NCBI GenBank assembly: GCA_002269645.1
Contig: NIVC01004098.1
Location: forward strand, 1 to 32,271
Direction of reading: 5' to 3'
Origin: Macrostomum lignano
Lineage: Eukaryota
Length of the DNA: 32,271 bases
How positions within the stretch are numbered: the stretch's first letter is position 1; each line of letters opens with the position of its first letter. Shown piece after piece: positions 1-9,800 of the stretch. The notes beneath the pieces are model-generated. The model saw nothing but the letters and a program-made list of their open reading frames with translations, was not told the DNA's origin and did not search any database. The position numbers were made by a program, and so were the translations under genes.

Positions 1-135
1 TTTCTTAGCCAAGATGCATGTACCGTCCAGGAAAATTTCTGATCGAACAGTGGCAAGTTCGAAGAAAATCGGTCAGCCATTTTTTCTCTAATCGATTGCG
101 TACAAACAAACAACTCATTTTAGTATATAGGATTT
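1..135 (+). mobile_element. Possible 3' end of a Helitron-like non-autonomous element
   Basis: The order AAAATCGGTCAGCC ... (ACAA)n ... TTTTAGTATATAGGAT resembles from memory the 3' ends of Lep1-type Helitron-like repeats. No hairpin or 5' end is visible, so this is resemblance only. Confidence 0.25.
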
Positions 136-371
136 TTAGTATATTGGATGAAAATGTTTCTCATTGTGTTTGTTGCAGACTAAGCCGGTAATTAAAGCCC
201 CTACCTCGCGTCAGGCGCTTGGCTAAGTAAAATAAGACGCCTGCTAAGACTGGAAATATACGCGACCTTGTTGGTATAGGTCCACTTTCTTCTTCTAGAG
301 AAGAAGTCATAACAATGGCGTCGCAAGCAATCGTAACTTGACGGTCTGATGTTCAAGCTCGTAATGAGCAA

Positions 372-438
372 GGATCCGACCAAGTCTGCAGGGGATCCGA
401 CTAAATCAGCGGTGGATCCGACCAAGTCCACTGGGATC
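372..438 (+). repeat. 21-bp tandem repeat, about 3 copies (GGATCCGACCAAGTCTGCAGG-like)
   Basis: Units start at 372, 393 and 414, with a partial fourth. They read DPTKSAG/DPTKSAV/DPTKSTG in ORF 349..561. Confidence 0.8.
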
Positions 439-1641
439 TCTCCAAGCCGTAATAGAGGAGGTTCTCAGAACGGGTCACAGTCCCAAGCAACTCAAAGGGA
501 TGCTCAAGCCCAGAGCGCCACGATCGGTGGAGAAAAGGTGACGTACTTTGTTAGAACTTGAATCGCTTTCATCAAGTGACAGACTTAAGAATTTCAAGAT
601 GATGTGTAATTTCAGATTTCAGATTTTCAGATTTAGATTTTCGTTCAGAGCCTTTGTGCGTTGCGACAGTGAGACGCTTTTCTCACTGAGCTACTCAGCA
701 ATGTCTTCAATCACACGATTGACGACTGGGCGAGCATCCAAAACCAGATCTGGTTGACGAGCGGCTCCAACTGCCGCCAATCTCAAGCAGCATAAACACA
801 GAGAGATGCGAAAGTGATGCATTTAGTTAATAGTGGCATTATCTTGCAAAATGTTTACGATAAATGTGCTTCTAAGTTGATTTTGATGTACAGGCTGACC
901 CAAAGGGAACTGACAAATTTAAATTGCTTATTTAGTCACCTATTTTTGGGTCACGCCGTATATAACAAGGCCAGTAAGGGAGTTTCTCAAGATTACACCG
1001 GCAATGTTAATTTTACTGGTGAATATCGTGCACCAGGCTGTTGGAGAAAGCTACAATTACGTTATTGCATCCTGATGAGCTTCCAGTGGTCCTTCTATTA
1101 GGCTTTTTTTGTCTGAATTGACTGATTGCGCATTCAAAGTCAGCTCGAGAACTTTCAATAGTTTTAAGCACCAAAAAGGGCTCCTCATCCGACCTGGCAA
1201 TGGCTCCTTTCCCTCAGCTCGAGTTTTACACAGGAGTGAAAGGGCTGAAGACTGCGGTTTACGAGCAAGCTGAGAGAGAAAACGTGGAGATCAAACTAGT
1301 TTAGTTAGCGATTTATACATATGAGGTTCTACAAGTGAACGATACGACGCACATTGCTACACGATGAAAGCGGTCTTTCGCGTCCCTGGGATTTCCCTAG
1401 GGAATCCCGGAATTTCCCTGCGATTTATATTGTCCATGGTCGCTTTGAAGCTCAACAAGAAGCAAGACATATATTTGTTGTATATGACTTTTTAAAATCC
1501 TACGATTAACATAAACAACGATACAACAAGCCGAGAGAAAAAATACAATGCAGCCAATAACAATGAAACTTTATAGGTCACTAATAATGCACTACTGTTG
1601 TTCAACGCAACAGATTGTCACCATGTTTCAAATTAGAATTC

Positions 1642-2421
1642 TCACTTGTAATAGACATTGAACGTACAGCCGCTGAAGGTTCCATGGAATCCACCTTTGG
1701 AATCAGATGAAGCCGTGGTAACTGTAGCTGTACATGCGGTTTCAGCAATAGACAGACTGGCATCTTGAGGGCCATTTACTTTCGAAGTAACGTTAGATCT
1801 TCGTCTTCGATGGCACTAAACCTCTTCATTTCTCCACCATTCTCCAGAAACAGTCTAGCGGCAATCTTCAACATGTCGTTGGCTCTCTTGAAGAGTTGAC
1901 TGGAGAGGATATCCACTCCACGTGACCGAAATAGAAGGCGATGCAATCCGGCCCTGAAACAGCGCAGAGTAGCAGGCTCACCTAGAACCCACCATCAGAA
2001 CGCCTGATAGAACCATAGCTCGTACGCGATCCGGATACAGGCGCTCCTCTGAGCACTTTTCAATATCAACATCAATTTTCAGGGACTCCATGGTCGATTG
2101 AAATTTTTCCAGAGCCCATTTCTCTTGCTGACCAGCACTTGGTGGCTCACACGCTTTCTCTACCAGATCCAGGTCACGCATAATAATCTCGATGTTTTCG
2201 TTGGTCGTAGATCTGGAGTCCAGCAGTTCGGAGATCATCGAATTCTCAATCCTCGAGGCGAATCCGGAAGCCATGTCTTCCAGACTGTTCGAGTCCATTT
2301 CCATGGCGAATAGAATGTTGTCGGCTTCCATTCGTGCTGCTATTTCGGCCTTTGTCAGTCCGACGATGTCACTGTATTCAATGTGCAGTAGACCGGTGGG
2401 ATATGATGAATCGTCCTCCAT
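1642..2421 (-). mobile_element. Internally deleted Crypton-like (tyrosine recombinase, DUF3504-type) remnant A
   Basis: ORF 2421..1978 (KWALEKFQS...IEKCSEERL). Removing a candidate 28-nt GTGAG..TTTCAG intron (1981-1954) continues it in frame as RAGLHRLLFRSRGVDILSSQLFKRANDMLKIAARLFLENGGEMKRFSAIEDEDLTLLRK (stop 1778-1776), matching the N-terminal region of Crypton/KCTD1/ZMYM-type recombinases as I recall it. A shifted frame then gives GGFHGTFSGCTFNVYYK* (stop 1644-1642), like the usual C-terminal tail. The catalytic domain is absent. Confidence 0.6.
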
Positions 2422-2663
2422 TTTATCGCCAGTGAATGTCTATTAGCGCCCTCTCTGATGGCTCTGGCTCTCGCGTCCCTCTCTTTCCAATTCTGTGGGT
2501 TTTGGCCACAGACATAAGAAAAATCGACATCGGTCATTAATATATTAATATAGTTAGGCTGTTGAGGGCAGAAATGAGCGAAACAGACGAGGCTGATCCG
2601 CTCATTTCTGCCCAAGACAGCCTAACTATATTAGTATTGTAGCCAATCTAAGCCTGCCAACGC

Positions 2664-2755
2664 AGCGGGCGAGAAATACCATTTCACGCCCGCTGAATCC
2701 ATTCTATGGTCCAATTCCATTTGAAGTAAGCTATTGGCTTCATTTCTCGCCCGCT
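2664..2755. promoter_or_regulatory. Three copies of a 14-bp motif (AGCGGGCGAGAAAT) between divergent Crypton-like ORFs
   Basis: Forward copy 2664-2677. Reverse-complement copies at 2681-2694 (13/14 match, forming a hairpin with a 3-nt loop) and 2742-2755 (14/14). CCAAT at 2643-2647 and ATTGG at 2733-2737. Function is inferred. Confidence 0.45.
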
Positions 2756-2866
2756 TCTTCTTGACTTTTCTATGGCCTAAGCACTCGAGACCTGTCATAT
2801 TAAGTCATGTTGAAGTCATGTTAGAAAGAAAAATCCATCGTGTTTTTCCTTTACTGTTTGTCGAAT

Positions 2867-3260
2867 ATGCTGCGTTATTCTTCAATACGCGAAGACGAAA
2901 TTAGTAGATTGAGCTCAGATGAGCTCGATTTCATCACGCATCTCGATCCTCGGGACGATGTCGACAGAATCGGTCAATGGACAGGGCTGACGGATGAGCA
3001 AGAGAGGCTAATTGATGAGGAACTACGCAATCCTACGCCGGAAGATCACGTTGGAAACCTGTTTCGTGAATTGACCGAAGAAGAAGAAGCTGGCCTACAT
3101 CATGTGGAGCAAGAAAGTAAACGGAAGTCGACGGTTAAGCAAACCGAATTGCATATTCGCAAACTAAAAGTTTCTACGCGCGGAGAATTTACCTGATCAC
3201 ATCGAGAATATGCCAGTGAGGTATCTCAACTCCTATCTACGCCTGTTCTTCGTTCACTTT
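2867..3260 (+). mobile_element. Truncated, frameshifted Crypton-like tyrosine recombinase N-terminus, remnant B
   Basis: From ATG 2867 the ORF ends ESKRKSTVKQTELHIRKLK. A shifted frame from 3171 reads FLRAENLPDHIENMPVRYLNSYLRLFFVH, fitting the Crypton pattern K.T...T...vk.F..W/L.......IE.mp..eLn..L..Ff. Confidence 0.55.
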
Positions 3261-3559
3261 AACTTTAATCAATCAAACTAAGGTCAGAAGGTCAGACAAT
3301 CGTTGTCACGCACTGGGACCGCTGATTATCTATCCATTGCTATGCACTTTTGGTGACAATAACACGCGCGTGGGATTATATCATTATTGCAAGGCAAATT
3401 ACAAGGAGCAAATTAACGAAAGCTTACTAAAGGCAGAAGGCCGCATTCACAAATTCTAGATGACTTGTTATTTCTTAGAATCCCAACAGTAAATTCTCCC
3501 TTTTGTACCCCAAAATTACAGTTTACTTCGAGATTCGGGAATTTCTTGTGTTGTAAACT

Positions 3560-3608
3560 TTCTTGTCTTGTCTTGTCTTGAATTTCTTGTCTTGTCTTGT
3601 CTTGTTTT
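3560..3608 (+). repeat. (TCTTG)n microsatellite
   Basis: Two interrupted runs of TCTTG directly visible. Confidence 0.9.
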
Positions 3609-3609
3609 G

Positions 3610-3875
3610 TGTTCGTCCAAGCGACCTGTTGAGAAGTCGGCCACTCCAGCTGGTAGGCCACATCATCCTCGCCGAGTCGTACTGCCCAGAGCCGGTACAG
3701 GAGGCGCTCTTGCTAACGCTGCAGGCACCCTACCGGCGGGGGCAGGCGCGCATTCGGCGTTTCGTCGACTTCCTGCTGGCCGGCTTCGGATTCGGCTGGC
3801 GACGTGGCGTTCATTCGCGACCTGGCCTTGAGGCGCGCCCCGTGACGCTAACTGCGTATTATGTTATTGTTGTTA
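3610..3875 (+). mobile_element. 5'-truncated non-LTR retrotransposon 3' end (RTE-like)
   Basis: GC-rich island translating LLRSRPLQLVGHIILAESYCPEPVQEALLLTLQAPYRRGQARIRRFVDFLL, resembling the post-RT tail of RTE-like LINEs (L.GH..R...P...L...RRG...F.D.L). It is followed by a simple-repeat tail, TATTATGTTATTGTTGTT. Confidence 0.55.
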
Positions 3876-5424
3876 ATGTAACCTGAGCGACATTATTGAG
3901 TTTCCTTCCTGAAATGCCAACTTGTCGGTGGCTTGGACCCATAATTTATACTATGTTATGCGAATGAATCAAACTCAAGACATTTATATTTTTTGATACT
4001 CCGTTACCGGTCAGTGGTAAAACACGTAAACAATACAGTCTTCGAATTCAAGGCAAGAATGAGTGCCAATTTCAATTTCTTCAAGGATGTAAAATGTCTT
4101 TAGAAAATTGAGTTCCAAAGTAGTTGCTGCTATTGCTGTTTTCGCCTGGTACTTCCGTGATGTAGGTGCACAGTTCCGTTCGCTTACCTTTTGGATCATG
4201 CCTTGGACATTTAAAATGTTACAAGGAGTTTAAATTTTACTGTTTTTAATGCCCTAATTAGAACACTCGGCTTGTTGAGCACACTCCCTGGTGTATTTTT
4301 GACAACTATCTATTTTCCAAATGTTTCCAAATGGACTCAAGCGATTGTAAGGAGTCAAAGGCAATGCCATGCCCCGCTTCCTTCCTAGTCAAATCAATCG
4401 CTAAAACTTTTTTGAGCTCACAAAGGAGGACAAATATTGATTTTCTCGCATTGGGTGTGTTTTCTCGCCTCGTATGTTTCAGAGTTATCACAAGTCAGCG
4501 ATCTGAGAGACTTTTTCAAGACACGCACGAGAAAGTTTCACTTCCGGTAGTAATATGTTGTCAGAGCTTCGCTTTCACGGATGTTTAATGGTGACGAACC
4601 CAAGGACTGCTAAAGTAAGGCAGGAGTTTTTTTGTAGTCCTGAGGCTTGCAAAAATCAAAATTTTCGCTTGTTTCAGCCCTCTGCAGCCTGTCAACATTG
4701 GCATGGTGCTGCTAGTAGGGTTTCCACCGGTAGTAGGGCGCCATGCCAGTTCGATTTCTTCAACCTGATTGTTTTGCGTTTCAAGAAAAAGCGCTGCATT
4801 CTTTGCTGAAGTTTGCAGAGACTCGCATTGGTGAACGCAGATTGCTAGCGTTACAGACAAACCAATCTTAGACATTTATTGTATAGGTGGATTCTAGAGC
4901 AGGGGCGCGGAAAAGAAGAATTGATGCCAGAAGTTTAAACGCCATATGCAAAATAACGACGTCAAGTTAAACATGAAGAAGCGCAATATCAACTATAAAA
5001 CTCGAGGGGAGTTGCTGAGATGTCAATATTCATGGAAGGTATTGATATTTTCTGAAATGCTGTGACTCTCAGCAGGGTTAAGGTTAGGGTTAGGTTTTGG
5101 GTTCAACCATAAAGGTATCGCCTATCAAGCATAAACGGCTAAAGTGGGAATCGCTAAAATGCTACTGCAAATGATGAAGTTTCTGAGATGTATGCTTTCA
5201 TGGGGGGTTTCTGAAATGTTATGACTCGTATAAAAAATTGCTGAGGTGTCCAGGTTTATGAAGACAAAGCGTGTCTGAATGCTGTGGCATTAACAAGCAG
5301 TGGAAAAGTCTGTGTTGCATTCTTATTGGCTGAGAGCATGGCAGATGAAGTTTAAATCCCGATGCTATGAAACGGCTGTAGCCGTCGTCTCCTGCTCAGC
5401 AAGTTCTCTGAATTTAAAGCAAGG

Positions 5425-6432
5425 ATGTCACCTCCGAGGGCGCTCCTCCTCGCCCTGCTGAGCCTCGCCTGCCTGCGCAGCCTGCAATCCTGCCAGCCGC
5501 CCTACCAGTCCGTGTCCGGCTTCTGCCTGCTCGTGAACACCACAGCCGCAGTCGGCTGGTGCCAGGCAGCTCGTCTGTGCCAGGCCGTCGGAGGCGAGCT
5601 GGTGATGGAGCCGGCCGCCATCCGGGCAGCTGCGCAGTTCGCCACGGGCTCGGTGATTCTGTGGGTTGGTGTCACCGACTTTCTGGACGAGCAACTGACT
5701 AGCAGGTAAGGCAATAAAAAATCACTTAAATGTGGAAATCTCAACAAGGATCTAAAAAAATATACTATTTTCCTCAAAATGCGTCAAAGAGCAAGCTGCC
5801 AAACTGCGCAGCAATTCAGTTTAGAAAGTCCTTTTACCTTTCTTGCTGTGCAGTGAATGCTGAAGGACGCTACTTGAAGGAGCTTTCACTATAACGATCA
5901 GACCATTCAAAAAGCAACTAACTCAGCTTCGCGAACTGATATAACGTTTTTTGAGGCTCGTGGTTCGAGTTTTTTATTTAACTTAAATTTCCACCTTCTC
6001 AGGAGCGGCTGGCGCATGGCCAATGGAACCGAATTTTTTGCTCCCAACTCTGACTGGCCATTTGGCTGCCCAAACAATAATGAGCACTCGGACGACATGC
6101 TGGCGCTATCGGGTGGTGCTTTGTGCGACTTGCGGGAATTTTTCCAAATCGGCTTCGTCTGCCAGCCCGTGGCGACGCCGAACAGCGGAACCTTCCGTCG
6201 GACCAGCTTCCTGCAGCTGGGCGACATCACGCCCTACTACTGCTACACGGAGGTGCAGTCGGTGCAGCGCAGGCTGCTCTGCGTTCGCCAGTGCGCTGCC
6301 CGCTGGGAGTGTCGGGCGGCTCTGTTCAACCGGGCCGAGTCTCGCTGCCGCATGCTGGACTTCGCCGACGCGAGCGCGGGCGACGCCATCGAGAAGAGCG
6401 GCGCTTGGGAGAAGTTCGTCAAGGCCTACTGA
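5425..6432 (+). CDS. Secreted C-type lectin domain plus PAN/apple-like domain protein, 236 aa, 2 exons
   Basis: Exons 5425-5705 and 6003-6432, with a phase-2 GTAAGG..TTCTCAG intron keeping frame. Signal peptide MSPPRALLLALLSLACL. CTLD motifs WCQAARLCQAVGGELV, WVGVTD, WRMANGT and WPFGCPNN. C-terminal CVRQC...ECRAALFNRAESRCRML is PAN-like. Confidence 0.8.
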
Positions 6433-6540
6433 AGCTCGGAGACCTATTCCAGATCGGGCAGATTCTGAAGAGACTCTGAAACACTAACGCCTCACAAGGC
6501 CCTGTCATCGCTAACAAGAATAAGCGATTGCCCAAAAACC

Positions 6541-6960
6541 CTAGTCATTTGAGCGAGAGTCGGATTTTCCTAATCCCAAACTGTTCAGCCAGTTAACTAT
6601 TGTCGCGCGAAGCCCATGAGTGTTGAATATTTTAGTATAAGTGATGAATACCAAAAACTCGAAAATACAATCTTCGATGACATGGCAGAGACGAGCACTG
6701 AAAGATGGAGTTATTGCATTTCTCCTTCCTTTAGCTTGGGCTTTTTCTAGAATTTTATCCATATCAAAGGCATAGACAAAGCGGATTCCATTTGGCAACA
6801 ATAGAGCTTTATTCACCGGAAACTTTCCAATGCATTTTGCTTTTATCAAAACGGAAGCCATTAAATCGTCTTCTGGATAAAGCAAAACTTCAGCATCATT
6901 TTTCTTCCTTGACGTGTTGACTGATTACGAGCTAGAGGAAGAGCTTTTTAAAATACCACC
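6541..6960 (-). pseudogene. Degenerate ORF, possibly a tyrosine recombinase catalytic fragment
   Basis: AT-rich frame with an upstream in-frame stop and no good ATG. It contains NTHGLRATIVNWL (HGLRAT at 6618-6601), like the HxLRxT box II. The box I Arg and the catalytic Tyr are not evident. Confidence 0.25.
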
Positions 6961-7068
6961 ATTAAAGAGGTGACATCTACTGATGTTCGCATTCTTTTAT
7001 TTCACGTTAAGATTGACGATTTGAATATTTTTGTGTTGCGCTAATGCCTACGGTTCTATCGCATCTGT

Positions 7069-7175
7069 CCAGTATTTCAGGTGACCAGTATCTCAGGTGA
7101 CCAGTATCTCAGGTGACCAGTATCTCAGGTGACCAGTATCTCAGGTGACCAGTATCTCAGGTGACCAGTATCTCA
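7069..7175 (+). repeat. 16-bp tandem repeat CAGGTGACCAGTATCT, about 6.7 copies
   Basis: CAGGTG starts at 7078, 7094, 7110, 7126, 7142 and 7158. Confidence 0.95.
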
Positions 7176-7798
7176 CTGAGGAGTCTCTTGTCAAAAAAGT
7201 GAACATATATGTAACGATAAATAATTTCCAACTAAATAATAAACAATAAATCATTGCAACCATCTTTTAGGCTTGTAAAAGGACAATTTCGCCTGTTATA
7301 AGCCTGTCATAAAGACGGTTTAACTGTCCACAGTCTTCTGCTCAATTCACCTGCCCGAGTGTGCAGCAATGTCTCATTGTTTACAGTTTGGCCTGAGCGC
7401 TGAGTTCGTGTCTCTGCCAGCCAGCCTGTGCGCAGTTCGCTCCCTCCAATGAGTGTCAACACCTGACCCTGCCCACAGTCTCTCCTCTGATGATATGCGA
7501 TTCATTTCTCTCTCCGTCGAGTCTGCTTCCATTTTACTCAAGCCCATGACAACGGACAGCGCCCATCTCTATCCTTTCGCAGTCGAATTCTGCCTGTTTC
7601 TCTCTAATTCGTCTCAAAACTTTTTTCATTCCTTCGTCTCCTGGCCTAATGGGCAGAGTACAGCTGTTTTAAACGTGAAATGCCAGCTAAACGGCAACCC
7701 TGACGGGTTAAAAGAGTGCGAATTGCAAGGCCAGACAAAGCAGAAGAAGAAGAAGCGATCTGTAGTAAAACAGAAATTCAGTATCTACTGCTGAGGAC

Positions 7799-9147
7799 AT
7801 GGCAAGCACGATTGTCGATGCAACTACAGCAGCGAATGCGGCCTCTCCTGCGGACGCTGTGCCCAAGTCCGTCATCACAATCTCCATCCTCATTGCCGGA
7901 TTTTTAATCGGAGTCCTGGTCGCCAAGCTGGTGAATTACTGTTACAACCGGGCGGATGTGCCGGACAATGCCAGCGACATCAGCGAGCACACAAAAGGCC
8001 TGCTGAGAATCCAACTGGCCCTTCTGAAGATGGGCAAGTCCAGCGGCTTTGGCGGCGCCGGCGGCGAAGCTGGCGGCGACCCGGAGGAGGCCAAGAGGCA
8101 GCAGCAGGCGACGGTGCTCAGCATGTGGAAGATGAAGGCGATGAACAAAGCGGCCGCGGCGCAGAAGACTCAAGAGGAGGCGGCCGCGGCCGGTGCTGCC
8201 AACGTTCAAGTTGTCGACGAAGCGCCTGACGATAAGAAAGGCGGTGCGTCTGGCGCCAAAAAAAGCGGCGCCGGTGGAAAAGCAGGCAAGTGCTTTCTTT
8301 GATTAAAAATTGCAGTCATATTTTACTAAAGAAATCCCGCGTTCATAAACTGCAATTTTCAACTCCAGTCTCTGGCACCAAGCCGAAGGCGGTTGCCAAA
8401 CCGAAGAAGCTCTTTCCCAACTCGCTGTCCGGCGTGGCGCCAACTGAAGCTCCGGCGCAGTCGGCATCCAAAGACGGGCTAGGAAGTGTCGCGGGAGCGG
8501 CTACTACTTCGAAGGCAACGCCACCGGCAGCTGCTGGCTCTGTCAAGGCTGCAACAACGACGACAACTAAAGCAGCTCCTGACCATGCAGCGACGCCTGC
8601 ACCGAAGGCAGCTCCAGCGAGTGCAGCGACGCCTGTACCGAAGGCAGCTCCAGCGAGTGCAGCGACGCCTGCACCGAAGGCAGCTCCAGCGAGTGCAGCG
8701 ACGCCTGTACCGAAGGCAGCTCCAGCGAGTGCAGCGACGCCTGCACCGAAGGCAGCTCCAGCGAGTGCAGCGACGCCTGCACCGAAGGCAGCTCCAGCGA
8801 GTGCAGCGACGCCTGCACCGAAGGCAGCTCCAGCGAGTGCAGCGACGCCTGCACCGAAGGCAGCTCCAGCGAGTGCAGCGACGCCTGCACCGAAGGCAGC
8901 TCCAGCGAGTGCAGCGACGCCTGCACCGAAGGCAGCTCCAGCGAGTGCAGCGACGCCTGCACCGAGGGCAGCTCCGGCTCCCACATCGAAGCCCGGTTCA
9001 GCCAAGCCAAAGCAGCAGCCGACGAGAAGTCAGGGCCGACAACTGCAACTGCGGGCGGAAAATCCAACCCGAGCAGTCCGAAGTCCAACGCCTGAGACTG
9101 GATGGCTGGTTTCAAATTGTATGAGCTGGATAATGATTACGATTTGA
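7799..9147 (+). CDS. Single-pass membrane protein with a low-complexity Pro/Ala/Thr/Lys repeat tail, 2 exons via a GC-AG intron
   Basis: Exon 1 is 7799-8285 with the TM segment VITISILIAGFLIGVLVAKLV. The intron is 8286-8368 (AG|GCAAGT...TTTTCAACTCCAG) and phase 1 matches on both sides, giving GGKA-V-SGTKPK. As written the protein is 421 aa ending at 9147. One extra base at 9009-9011 would give the tail AAADEKSGPTTATAGGKSNPSSPKSNA* (stop 9093-9095). Confidence 0.7.
8572..8976 (+). repeat. Coding 36-bp tandem repeat (AAPASAATPAPK), 11 copies plus a partial
   Basis: Near-identical units from 8572 to 8967. Variants: DH in unit 1, V in units 2 and 4, R in unit 11. Confidence 0.95.
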
Positions 9148-9800
9148 AAAACGTTTTTGTAAAAGTTTTACTTGTTTGAATAAGTGCCTATTGATAATCG
9201 TTACTGGCTTCATAAATTAGTCTTCACATTATCTTGTTTCGGAAAAAAGTATTCAATTGAAAAAAAACTATTTCTTTTTGTAGTACTGTCTTTTGACAGT
9301 TTTGGAAAAAAACCTTTTTAGCATTTAGAGGAATCTGATTCAGAAGATAAATACTGTAGTAATAAGAATTACCGAAGCTTATACTCGTAGTCCCTTAAAA
9401 TTTGCGAGTGCCCAATAATTTATTATCTGTTGTACTCGAATTTAAAACCTGTTTTATCATGCATACCTAATAAAGGGTGATATATCATATGATACTCTGC
9501 GTAATCAAGTAACTCTGCAAAATTACAAATATGCACTTTTTCTGTCTAAGCTATGTGTCTATTGATTTTCCAGAGAAATACTCTGAGCAGTGCTTAATTG
9601 GATTTTAAACTGCGAAAAGTGCATACGAAGCGATTAATGTAGACTGTGTCGGGTAAAATTTGGTTATGTCTATGGCCAAAGTCGCAGAGGCTAAAGGGTA
9701 GAAGGAGGCGGGCTTAACGAGAGACCATTAGCACCAGCGGAGCGAGGGAACGAGTCCAAGGTCCATAAATTTCAACGCGCACAACCGCTTAGTTCAAGCA

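Noticed and set aside
760-1310. Short coding-looking frames (e.g. MAPFPQLEFYTGVKGLKTAVYEQAERENVEIKLV)
   Set aside because: I could not build a consistent spliced model or recognise a family.
3900-4880. Possible transposase relic
   Set aside because: All frames are interrupted and no diagnostic DDE or hAT motif was found.
8290-8302. CaaX prenylation signal at KCFL*
   Set aside because: The Cys is third from the end, not fourth, and the segment is probably intronic.
8343-9124. Long alternative-frame and antisense ORFs over the 36-bp repeat
   Set aside because: Shadows of a stop-free GC-rich repeat. Only one frame connects to splice sites and a start.
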